Shown here: positions 36,015-46,528 of the stretch, piece after piece
Layout: each line of letters begins with the position of its first letter
How positions within the stretch are numbered: the stretch's first letter is position 1
Source of the DNA: Fistulifera solaris
Lineage: Eukaryota
Assembly: GCA_030295235.1 (NCBI GenBank)
Contig: AP026179.1
Location: 1 to 64,000 of the forward strand
Direction: 5' to 3'
DNA length: 64,000 nucleotides
The notes under the pieces: generated by a model
What the model saw: the letters and a program-made list of their open reading frames with translations, nothing else
What the model was told of the DNA's origin: nothing
Database searches by the model: none
Position numbers and translations under genes: made by a program

Positions 36015-37658
36015 TTACAATGCCTCGTTCTTTTGTGGCTCCGATAAAGAAAAAGCCTCCGATGGCGACTCCCCTGCTATGGGTTGTGAACTATTAAAGG
36101 TATCAACATTGTCTTGAAGCATCTCGCAAAGTATGTCGGTATGGTTGAACAGCAACGTTGCAGCACGCTGGTAGTGTTCCAACGCGGTTTCGATCAACGC
36201 TGTTATGACTAATGAAGTTCGCACGGAAGGGGGCGCTTTTCCCAGCTCCGTCGATGTATGATAGAAGCGGTCACGATAGATTTTGCCAATGTTTTGGGTA
36301 AAGCATCGTTTTCCTGTTTGATCATACACGCTGATATTCTGATTGCGGGAAAGCAGCTGCACCAGTGAGGAATCAACATCGTCTGACCAGCAGCGTTTCG
36401 TTCGAAATGACAGCAGCGACTCGTGTGTTTCCATTGCCCGGTACAAGATCTGCAGGAAGAAAGTCCATTCTAATGATGAACATGAATTATCGAAGAGACT
36501 TAATCGCTTCAACCTGGGGTTTGTATGTATTACGCCAATGAGTGCTTGAACAATACGGTTCAGCATGTCCCTGTAATAATCCCATGAAGATCGTCCAAGT
36601 GAAAGATCGAGTCGCTCCAAGTGACCCAACTCAGACAGTCGATTCAGAAAAGCGATCACATATCGGTGCCAGTCGTCCCTGTGTAGCCCATCCAGATTAA
36701 GGGTAATACTGAGTTCTCTCGGGACGATCCGTAGCGACGCAAAATGAGACGACTCAAAAGTTTTTGCGCTGATCTCATAGTGAAGAGCATCTGTTGTCAT
36801 GACGAACGGGAGAAGTGCGCATTCCTTATCGAGAATAGGGCCGACAGCAAACGATTCAAATATGTCAAGTTTTAAAATGCGTTCCAAGTATTCGTGAGCA
36901 ACAGGCATCTCGCCTTTGTCGCATGCATTGCGGTCGTAAGTAATGAAAAGTGACCCGAAGGAAGATTGTCGCTGCTCTAGAGCCTCGACAAATGCTCTTC
37001 CACCATCTTTGAAAGCACAAACCCTTCGTCCGTCGGCCAAGGCAACTTTCCTACTTCCATGTAACGTGACAAATTTCAAGTGAATAGGATACGGTCGTGT
37101 CACCAAAGTTTCAGCCTGTTCCGTACTCCAGATTCCATTGTGTATCTCAATTACACGCTTCGGATTGGCATCCATGATAGAAACAAGTTGCTCCGGTTGA
37201 AGGGCCGAAAAGTCAAACACGTGTTCGGGGTTATAACTTTGAAAGGTACCGACCGCGAGCCGCGGATCGCGGTCTCTTTTATCAGGAAGTGACCAGAAAA
37301 ATGTTGCCGTTTCAGCAATGGTAGCGTCCGTTTTGCCGTAAATGGCGCACTTGAGCGTCGTCTGTAGTATGTCACTACTCCGAATCATCTCAAAGCAAAC
37401 GTTACGTTCTTCGTATAACAAATGCGCAGAAGGCCCTACACTGATGAGCGTCCCATTATTATCACGCCAAATCGTAATATTCTTACGGCGATAGAGTTCC
37501 CAGTCAATATCGTGCAAGTATCGTGGTTCTTTCAGCATTCGAAAAACGAACAAACTGTCTGGCCTTACAAAGGACATTGGACGAAAGGACGCTTGCTCGG
37601 GCGACAGTTCATCGACTAAGATGATTTCCAGCATATCATTCTTCTTCCATTTCTCCAT
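36015..37658 (-). CDS. Intact member (547 aa) of the lineage-specific family with degenerate RNI-like LRR C-terminus
   Basis: LSPEQ...IWRDNNGT...IAETATFFWSL...FKDGGRAFVEALEQRQSSFGSL...LSELGHLERLDL...NPRLKRLSL; shares blocks with its neighbours. Confidence 0.75.
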   Translation of the reverse strand: MEKWKKNDMLEIILVDELSPEQASFRPMSFVRPDSLFVFRMLKEPRYLHDIDWELYRRKNITIWRDNNGTLISVGPSAHLLYEERNVCFEMIRSSDILQTTLKCAIYGKTDATIAETATFFWSLPDKRDRDPRLAVGTFQSYNPEHVFDFSALQPEQLVSIMDANPKRVIEIHNGIWSTEQAETLVTRPYPIHLKFVTLHGSRKVALADGRRVCAFKDGGRAFVEALEQRQSSFGSLFITYDRNACDKGEMPVAHEYLERILKLDIFESFAVGPILDKECALLPFVMTTDALHYEISAKTFESSHFASLRIVPRELSITLNLDGLHRDDWHRYVIAFLNRLSELGHLERLDLSLGRSSWDYYRDMLNRIVQALIGVIHTNPRLKRLSLFDNSCSSLEWTFFLQILYRAMETHESLLSFRTKRCWSDDVDSSLVQLLSRNQNISVYDQTGKRCFTQNIGKIYRDRFYHTSTELGKAPPSVRTSLVITALIETALEHYQRAATLLFNHTDILCEMLQDNVDTFNSSQPIAGESPSEAFSLSEPQKNEAL

Positions 37659-38119
37659 CGCAACACTCTAGCGGTCAATTAAGGAACGATTGTGTTTGAA
37701 ATGTGAAAGATAATACTGAGATGATGGGATACCTGCCGCAGCGTAATCACGAAGATACGAAACCGTCGGTTCGCAAACGGTCCCCCGTTAAGGACGCAAA
37801 CTTCTTTGTATAGGGCACAGCTATGACGCCACTTTGACGACTGTTTTAGTCTTGACGAAAGTCATACTCATGAATGATAGGGTGCGCGGCTATAGTACCT
37901 AGTAATTCGTTTCCATGTTCAATCAACGAGCTGCGCATTGGTAACCACGCTAGAAATACTAAATAATAATGGAAGCTCACGAAAGGAAAAAATGGGTTCA
38001 AGGGAAGAAAAACGAATAATTGTCACGGACGTGAACAACCACAAAATCAAACACTTAGTCAACCACGTCTCGTGACAGAAATTGGTCTTGGATAAAGAAG
38101 GCACGAGAGATATCTCTCT

Positions 38120-38922
38120 AGCTCACTCATCCTCACCAATTGTTATCAACTTTCGCAAACCGTGCTTCTCGAGTCATCCCGCTAAAAGCGCAATCAAGGT
38201 GGTCATATCAGCAGCGGCGACCACGTGGAATGTGGCTTGACGACTTGAGCCGCCAAGCCGTGATAGAACGGATGGAACGGAAAAACATGTATTCATAACC
38301 AAACGCATTCCATTTATCGTTGACGTTTACTTTGAGGATCCCGAAGATCTTTTTGATCCTACAGGCCGAAAAGAAGTTTTATCAAGTGACGATCCCGATT
38401 GAAATAACCCTTGGACGTAAAGTGCTCCAGGACCTCCATGGTATCGTTCGCATCCACAGCGCGCATGAGAGCTTCCATAACGCCTTCGGTTATGTCTCGA
38501 TTTGAGTAAAAGGATTTGAACCCAATTTTGAATTCGCCCAAATGACTTAAAATCCGCCAAATAAAAAGAGGAAGGCCACCGAGGCTGTTCGGGAAGGATT
38601 GCGACGCCACTGTCGATGATGAGAGAGAGAGAGCTTGCGGGCCACAACATTTCATGACTGCATATCCGCTCCCGTCAAGACATTTGATTTAATCTTGTAG
38701 TCGAGAGAATCCACCTTGGTCGGCAAAGGAAGTAGATCAAGCTCCTCATTTACGATAAAAGACGATTTCAAATCGTTGCTTGGCTATAATTTTGTTATTT
38801 GGTTCATATTCTCGTTCGATTGGTATAAGGGTGCATATTTCTCCAGCTGCGCCATGACCGCATCTTTCTCATCTACTGTAAGTTTACGAAGCCAGTCAAT
38901 GAGTTGTAGGACCTTTCACCAT
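38120..38922 (-). pseudogene. Degenerate, internally deleted family member
   Basis: Fragments LQLIDWLRKLT...PLYQ, LLPLPTKVDSLDYKI and EALMRAVDANDT parallel the 36015-37658 protein; boundaries are approximate. Confidence 0.45.
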
Positions 38923-39184
38923 AGAAGAGAGCCGATTACATAATTCTTCTTCGTATCTTCTTTATCAATTAGCGAAAGAATGAATGATAGAATGAACTGC
39001 GATACGGACAATACCTTGACTTTTTAATTTATTATCTTCTTCAACGAGATTATGGTCGATTTGATCGTTTGAGTATGTTTCATTGTTCATTGAGGGAGTT
39101 GTGAGTTGTGAGCCTCGTGCGTTTGCTTCAACATCGGTTGGTTGGTTAACGGGCTCCGGGGGCTAGGAGGCTCTGATGATGAAT

Positions 39185-40769
39185 TCAGCATGAAAGCTGA
39201 CGCCTTTGACAACACAAAGAGAGCCCATTATATCCTTCTTCTTCGTTTCTTCTTCCGATTTGGCTGAAAAAAGGCACATCGTGATCCAGCTGCACCGACT
39301 GGACTAGTTCATGCAATACCTCGAGATGATCTGCCAGTAACAGGGATGAGCGCTGAAAGCTTTGAGCAGTACTTTTTAAAAGAGCGGTCGTCACGAGTGA
39401 GAATCGATCCGGTGTTGGCGGTCCGACGAGACGCGCCGAACCTCGATACAGACGGTTAAGGGAGTAGAGCGCACAGATCAGCTTATTGTCTGTAAATATA
39501 TCCCCTTCACAATTTTTCACTGTTATATCTCTTTTCTGCCATAGTAGATTGCGAAGATGGCACATGCCAGGTCCGAAGTCTTGCGATTCATCATCGACCT
39601 GCAATCTCAAAATCCGGAGCTCTTTGTGATCTTTCAATGAGTTGAAAAGAGCCTCCATATGCGGTCTCCATTCGAGATCTCTGTTGTAAGTAGACAAGTC
39701 AAGAATCTGCAGATTACGATTGGCCATTATTGCGCGAATCATTTCTTTCATAAGGGGAGCAGCTATCGGTATCGGTGTTTTTCCACATCTTCACTGAACA
39801 ATATGATTGCAACTCTTAGCTCCACAAAATGGCCCAGCTCCGATAAGCGCCGCCAAAACGAAATCATTAGTTCTGTCGGAAAAGCTTCCTCAAAGAACTG
39901 TTTGATGTTAAGGGTGAGATATTTGGTTTTAATGCTAAGCGTTGAAAAATCTTCAACCGACATAGACCTGAGAGAAATGCGCGTTACGAGAGACTCCGCG
40001 TGAGCCGAAAAGGATTGAAGAGCTAAATCATCCCTTAAGTAGGGTAAAACCAAGTGATTGAATACGTTGAGCTTGAAAAGGCGTCTCAGATTAACTTCGT
40101 CAAAAAACAATTCACCATCCAACTTGAGCCCGATCGGCGACTGTCGTTTCTCGAGCTCATCCACAAAAGCTTTGCCTTCGTCTTCGAACTTACAACAGGA
40201 AATTCTCATTCGCATACAATTCGGTTGAGAAGCGAGAGCCCTAGATTGCTCAACACTCAGTGCCAAATCTTTAACTATCAACGAAGGCACACAACCTCTC
40301 TGTAGCAGTGTGAAACACTTGGGTCCAGCCCCACAAAAATCAAAAAAAGCAGCTCCAAGGCTCGACGATTCCTTTCAGGTAAAAGACATCACTTCTTTGT
40401 TCTGCTAAATTCATGAAAAATGCAGCCGTTTCGGAAATTGCATTGTCCGAGTAACCGCAGATGAATAATGCCGTGCCTTCGCTACCAAAAAAGCATCGAT
40501 AACGAAAATCTTGACAGGGAACTCCTCGAACGATCCGGAAAGTCATCCGAACCAGGAGGCGTGACGTAAGTTAGCGTCTTATTCTCACGCCAGATTGCTA
40601 AACCGTGCTTACAATCATCAGTCAGCTCTTCTAAATTCTTCGGCTGGCGCAGAAGCTTGTATGTCGGCGATGCGCCCGCTTTCTCCCACTGCGCTACTTG
40701 CTCGGGCTTGCGAAGGGAATAGGGAATCATTCCCAGCAGCAAACTTGTATCCTCGTATTCGTTTGACAT
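39185..40769 (-). pseudogene. Near full-length family member broken into four ORFs
   Basis: MSNEYEDTSLLLGMIP...PEQ...AIWRENKT / ISETAAFFMNL / FEDEGKAFVDELEKRQS...LSELGHF / LYSLNRLYRGS...FQRSSLLLADH. Confidence 0.7.
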
Positions 40770-40906
40770 GGTTGCAAGAGATGATGGAAGGAATGGCTCT
40801 AATAATAAGACTGCTGTGTCTACTTGTAAATGTTTGTTATTGTCATTGCGCTTTTGTACCTATACTTCGTAAATGGTATAAAAAGCTGCGGGCAAAAAAC
40901 ATTGAT

Positions 40907-40989
40907 ATGTGACAAAATGAAACGAAAAAGGAAAATTCAGTGGAATGTCAAAATTACATTCTGACTTTAGAAAATTAGGAATAAATAAA
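40907..40989 (+). repeat. Dispersed hairpin-containing repeat, copy 2
   Basis: TGAAACGAAAAAGGAAAATTCAGTGGAATGTCAAAATTACATTCTGACTTTAGAAAATTAGGAATAAATAAA, shared with 58286-58373 and 16829-16872. Confidence 0.75.
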
Positions 40990-41061
40990 TATCTATTGCA
41001 GTGTTTTAATAATTCCGGTGAGACGTGACATCATTATTATTTTATGCTAGATGTTTTGAGT

Positions 41062-44000
41062 GGGAGACTTCCGTTAGGTCTCCAACCAGGGTGAACCTCT
41101 TCCGATAGCTCTCCCGTTAGGAGAGACGTTAACTGACTACATTCAACTTTACAGTAGAGTACGCGCCATTGGATGTGGTACTAATTACTTAAAGGCCTTC
41201 CATCCATCATTAGTTCTACTTAGGTCACGCACAATAACCGCACAATCGTTCGCGTTGTGCGTTTGTTCCGTTCCGACTGCCGACAAGATGATCAGAACGC
41301 TGCATTCCTTATTGTCATAGTTGCCCTTCCGTTCCTACTGTTGCTCTTTTACAACATTAACATGTCGATCATTGAAACGAAGGAGGCGACGATCATTCGT
41401 CACGATTATGCAAAAATATGGGGCACTTCCTCCAACCGGTCCGTATGATTTTGAAAAGTTTCTCTATGGTGCACACTCGGGTCATCTGTCGACAATTCTA
41501 GAGGATGAAGATGTGGAACCAAGCACCGCACATAATGCTTTTGCCTCAAGTCCCGCAACAACAGAATATTCAGTAAATGAAATGCCAACAACTAGAACAA
41601 AGAGGAGATCCAAACAAGTAACGAATTTAAAAGCGCAGAAGGCAAGTCCATCTACCGCAAAGTCATCGATATTGAAGACAGCGACCGCATCCAGACCGAA
41701 TTTGAAACCACCGCCGACCACAACAGCTTGTGCTTCCAGTCCAGCAACAACAGATTTTTCATTAGTCAAAATGGCAACGAGAAAGAGGAAAACGGCCGGA
41801 AACAGCCACCAAATCAAAAAGCTGAAGGAACAAGTCCCGCCACAACTGATTCGTCAATCTTTGAGAGGCCGACCATGAAGAGTCAAAATCTGAAGCCACC
41901 ACCTGATATCAGAGCTCATGCCTTGACTATCGAAGTCTTCAATGAATGAGAATACAACACAAAAAAGGAAAAGATCGAAACTGACAGCAAATTCCAGAGC
42001 CAAAGGCCCGACTCATGCCCGTAAAAAGAAGTTGAAACCGCCACCGATTGCAGAAGCAAAAGCAGGAAGTCCCGCCACAGCAGTTTCTTCCATAGTTGAG
42101 ATGCCAACTATGAAGAGGGGTAATCTGAGAGCACTGCCAAGATCTCATTCAAACAGTCCAACAACCGAAGTATCACGATTCCTGAAGATATGATTATAAA
42201 GATACCGAAGACAGAACCCACTAATGCAAGTCCCGCCCACGTCTGCTAGTGACGATTCATCACATGTATTTAAAAGGCGATTAGACATCCAAAAGAAGAA
42301 TGCAAGTCCCGCCAAATCCGGTAATCTCAGTGACGATTCGTCGCATTTCCTGAAAATGCCGGCTAGATCTGCGAAGAAAGAACTTGGCACAAAATGAAGC
42401 GCTCTCAAGTTCATTTTCAGTGGGTATTCCGAAAACCAGAAGAACTTCGTGAGAGCTATAACAAGTCCCGCTACTGCCACTAGTGGGACCTCATCACAAT
42501 TCTTGAGAACACCCTTCGACCTGAGACGTAAGATTGTAGATCCCAGAAATGAAAATCAATTTTCATTACGCCGACAACAAGTAAGGCAAATTGGAGTAGC
42601 CCCTTTGCAACCCCCCAGTCATTACTGATGAACCATCAAAGATCGTATCCTATTTTTACGACACAGCTTATCCATTTGTGGGAACCATTGAGCAATTAAA
42701 TTGTTTGGTTCAAGAACACGAGTTTGATATTCCAGAATCATTTCACGGAAACGGAAACAAATGATTTAACGATGAAAAGAAGGGCTTCAACCCGAAAACG
42801 CAAGGGAAGCAAACCAGCGAGGACTTGTGAGTGAGAACAATATTGCAATCCACGTGCAGCGGAATACTCTTGCAGAGACAGCAAAAGGAAAGAAGTGGAA
42901 TAGAATCATTTATCACTGTAGGGACAAGAAAGAATGGAAACGATCTGATTTACAACAAAGAAGATGCCAGGGGATCTCTTCGGTCACTCCTTTTTGCAAT
43001 CCAGTGCAAAGGGGGCGTTGATAAAGGTCGCGAGTCGTCCACGACCTGAAGAGGGAAAGAAGCATCATATCAAGGTGCTAAGTGGTGCCACGGCATCCAT
43101 AACCAGTGAATGCCTTGAAATTATGAACTCGCAATGTTATTTCAATGACGATTGTGAACAGTTTCCTTGAAAGCATAACAAGCAAGACCGTGAACGGATG
43201 AGGGAGTTATTGCACACCCGTCGTATGTCATGAGTAATCTGTGGGATTCCGCCAACCAAAATATTAAGAGAGAGGGTAGACTGCAGCTTAGTTCAGCGTT
43301 TGTGGCATTGAATTCTATGACAAAATCGAACAATTTGGGCATTCATTTATTCCCTATGTGCAAGGAGAGGCACTGGTGGTTGATGGTGGTTGATGCCGAT
43401 AATCGAGTTATTTATTCGCTCGACTCCCTCGAAGATCCGGACGATCACTACTCTAATGCTGTCTGGCTTTCAGGTTTATTTAAATTCGCGTGCGGTGAGG
43501 CAGCAATTAGAATGCGCGTCAACAAGCGAGCAGCAGGAATCAACATTACCCGATTTAGCTCCGTGGGAATACCAAGAAATGCGTCTTCCCAATAAACTAT
43601 TGCAACATGATGGCCATAGTTGCGGACCATATGTATGTTTTTATGCGGCGACAATTCTGAAACATGGTCGACGTGCCCTCAATGAGAGGACATGGTTCCT
43701 TGACTCTATTTCGGAGATTGGAGTCGGAGATGATCTCCGACCTTTTGTATTTGATGTTATGTTTCAATTGGCTGAATGACACGTATAGAGTAATGTGTGA
43801 TATTAATCAACCAAGTCTAGTTTGAAACTGAAATTGTGTAGATTGGGTTTTGATTATTTACACGAAGTAGTTTTCGACGAAAGCCTTGATCGGTGGAAGG
43901 TCACGTAGGCTGGGTTTTTCTTTATTGGAAGGTCGCTCGCTGCATCAGGGTCACGTAGGCTGGTTTTTCTTTATTGACAATTGAGAGCGGTCGCGCTCGC

Positions 44001-44271
44001 TGACTTTTCTTTATCAAGAGCGGTCGCTTCGCTGACTATTGTTTATTGAGGATTTGGTTATCTTAGAGGGGTGATTCATGAATCATCCGGGACTGTCATT
44101 CATAAGGCTTTGTTACTTTATCGAGCAACCTAAGTAGATTCTAAGTAATTAGTACCACATCCAATGGCGCGTACTCTACTGTAAAGTTGAATGTAGTCAG
44201 TTAACGTCTCTCCTAACGGGAGAGCTATCGGAAGAGGTTCACCCTGGTTGGAGACCTAACGGAAGTCTCCC
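41062..44271. mobile_element. Non-autonomous Mutator-like (MULE) DNA transposon, 3,210 bp
   Basis: Identical 130-bp TIRs (41062-41191 and 44142-44271, starting GGGAGACTTCC) and a 9-bp TSD GTTTTGAGT (41053-41061 and 44272-44280); no DDE transposase recognisable. Confidence 0.92.
41362..43779 (+). pseudogene. Degenerate Ulp1/SENP-like (peptidase C48) gene carried inside the MULE; catalytic domain about 43130-43779
   Basis: YFNDD, LFPMCKERHWWLMVVD (His), YSLDSL (Asp) and LQHDGHSCGPYVC (Gln/Cys). It is preceded by S/T/K-rich ASPAT repeats and has multiple stops and frameshifts. Confidence 0.75.
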
Positions 44272-44291
44272 GTTTTGAGTCACGTATGGCT

Positions 44292-45687
44292 TTACCTGGG
44301 ACCGCGAAGAAACCTGTTCAGCGAATACAATTTATCGATCAAGCATCCATCAGTGTATATCTTCCCTGACCTATTGACCACCCAGATATCTCTGTTACAA
44401 GCGAGCAACTCTCGAAGATGGATAAAATTAACACCGAACGCAATGGGCCCATCGAATACCTTCAGTCCATGGGTACGAATGCGTTTGTGATAATTCAAAG
44501 CGAGAAGTAGTGTCGCAATATGCGCATCCCAGTCCAGCGTTCCGAACAAATCAAGTGTCTGGAGACCAGAGTTGGAAAGAATGAAGCGTGCAAGCTCAGA
44601 TAAAACGCACGAGGGGATTGCTATATCATCATCCTCAGGACCCTCGATGTGAAGTCTAAGTACCTCAAAGTGGTTGAAGTCAGCGAAACGGCGCAAAAGA
44701 GAGAGAATGGGTTCTGTTGGAAATCTATTGCAAATAGGAATATTCCATTCGAGCGTAAGCTTCTTTGCGGTGATGTTCACAGATGTCACGTCAATTTGCA
44801 TCGATGGCGTGACAATAAGGCTGTAAAATTGTCAAGTCATTAACTTTCGCGGAAAATGCCTGTAAAGACATTTGGTTGCCATCCGTGTAAGGCAAATGTA
44901 AAATGATCAATTACTTCAAGATCGAAAAGACGCTTCAAATTTTCGTCGCTGAATGGTAAAATCCCCATCCATCCGTAACTTATCGAACGATATGAGTTTC
45001 GGTTCTCCAGCATACCGATGAAGGCACTGCCTTTGTCTTCAAAAAGCAACAGGATTACGAGTCTTAAAGCTCGTCGCACATGTGGCAAGAAGAACCGATT
45101 GCGTCGCACTGAATGTCAGGTACTGAAACTCCAAGTCAATGCCACGGAGCCAATTCCTGCGTTCTCTCGGCACTGAATGTCATGAGCTCAAAATCCAAGT
45201 CAATGCCGTGGATCCATTTCCAGCATTCTTTGGAAACACGGCGAGGACATTGCACGGAGACAAAAATTCCTGCTGCTATTATTGATAAGAAAGTTTAGAC
45301 GTTTTCCTCGGTGGAAAAATTATCGAGCGATAGAAAATATTCCGCTGTTTCGACAACAGCAGCATCTGTCTTGCCGACAAAATGTTGAATGCAAACGTCG
45401 GATCACAAGTAACGAGCTCCCAGTAACGTCGCGTACCAATAACCGGAAACTTGTATCTATCTTCCGGCGAAATATACGTGAGGGTGTCGTTTTCATGCCA
45501 AATGACAACTTTTTTGATTATTGTATTGTGTGAATTCTTCGAGATTGACTAGATCTCGTTGTAGTAGCTTATATACGTCGCCGCTTCGCCCTCTTTTCCC
45601 CCGGTGAGCCACTTGCTCGGGCGTGCGAGCAAAGGAAGGAATTACTCCTAATAACAAGATTTCGTTCTGCGTTTCGCTTGACATCAT
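44292..45687 (-). pseudogene. Multiply frameshifted, 3'-truncated family member
   Basis: LLLGVIPSFARTPEQ...VYKLL, FEDKGSAFIGMLENR, LRRFADFNHFEVLRL and IYTDGCLIDKLYSLNRF. Confidence 0.65.
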
Positions 45688-46121
45688 AACGTTCTGGCGT
45701 GTAGCAAAAGAACGTTTTGTTGGATAGAAAACGAATGAACAATGATTTATTTATTCAACGGCGGACGAGACGCGAGAAAAGGCTGCCATTGCAAGGAATA
45801 CCGTATGGTGGTTTTCAGTATAGCACAGAATCACGTATGCGACAGTACGACGGATTTTGGAGACTATGTACGCATGGGACCACTCCCATCTTTTATTTTA
45901 ACATCAGAATAGAAATGGGCAACAATCCACATGCCGGCGCGAAAATCATCGCACATTATTTATTGTCTTTTATTTTGTATTCCGTAACTTTTACGAGTTC
46001 AGCGTTCAAATCGGTGCAAGACATTTTATTCAATGGTTCGTTGCGATTTCTAATTAGCTCTTTTAAATGCCCCATCTTCGTCAAGCAACTCATCAAAGAC
46101 CTCGTTGTAACTGTCGGAAAA

Positions 46122-46289
46122 TCATATCGCTGTTCCTCTACAGTGAAAAAGAGATTCGCGGCCGTGATGTTGAAAGGTTTGGCTTCCTTGAGCAGCGACG
46201 GTTTCTTCGTAGAGAGACACTTGCTCGGGTCGGCGAACGGAGGACGGATTAAGTCCCAGCAATGTGCTAGGTTCTTCTTCGTTCGACAT
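46122..46289 (-). pseudogene. N-terminal fragment of the same family
   Basis: ATG at 46289 gives MSNEEEPSTLLGLNPSSVRRPEQVSLY, similar to MSNEYEDTSLLLGMIPYSLRKPEQ at 40769. Confidence 0.5.
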
Positions 46290-46528
46290 GCCTTAAAAGA
46301 AGATAAAATGGATAAGAAAGGAAACAAAAAGGTTCCGCAAGAGGAAGCAGCAAGAGAAGTGAAGTTTTGAACTTCCACTTGGATTGTCGTTTGATCGGAA
46401 AACCGTACAAATACTTCTGCGTCTAAAAAAATGGTCAAACGTAAATAAAAAGCTCCGATGAGAGTTCAAGATCACCTTCTCCCTCGAAAGAAATATTGCT
46501 AGCTTTGCAAAACTATGCTTCTGCAAAA

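Noticed and set aside
42600..43050. Possible MuDR/FAR1-type zinc-ribbon remnant (IIYHCRDKK...C) in the MULE
   Set aside because: Too fragmentary to support by eye, and no adjacent DDE core is visible.
45717..46438. ORFs 45717..46370 (+) and 45956..46438 (-)
   Set aside because: Non-ATG starts and no motifs; the recognisable signal is a family N-terminal fragment in another frame.
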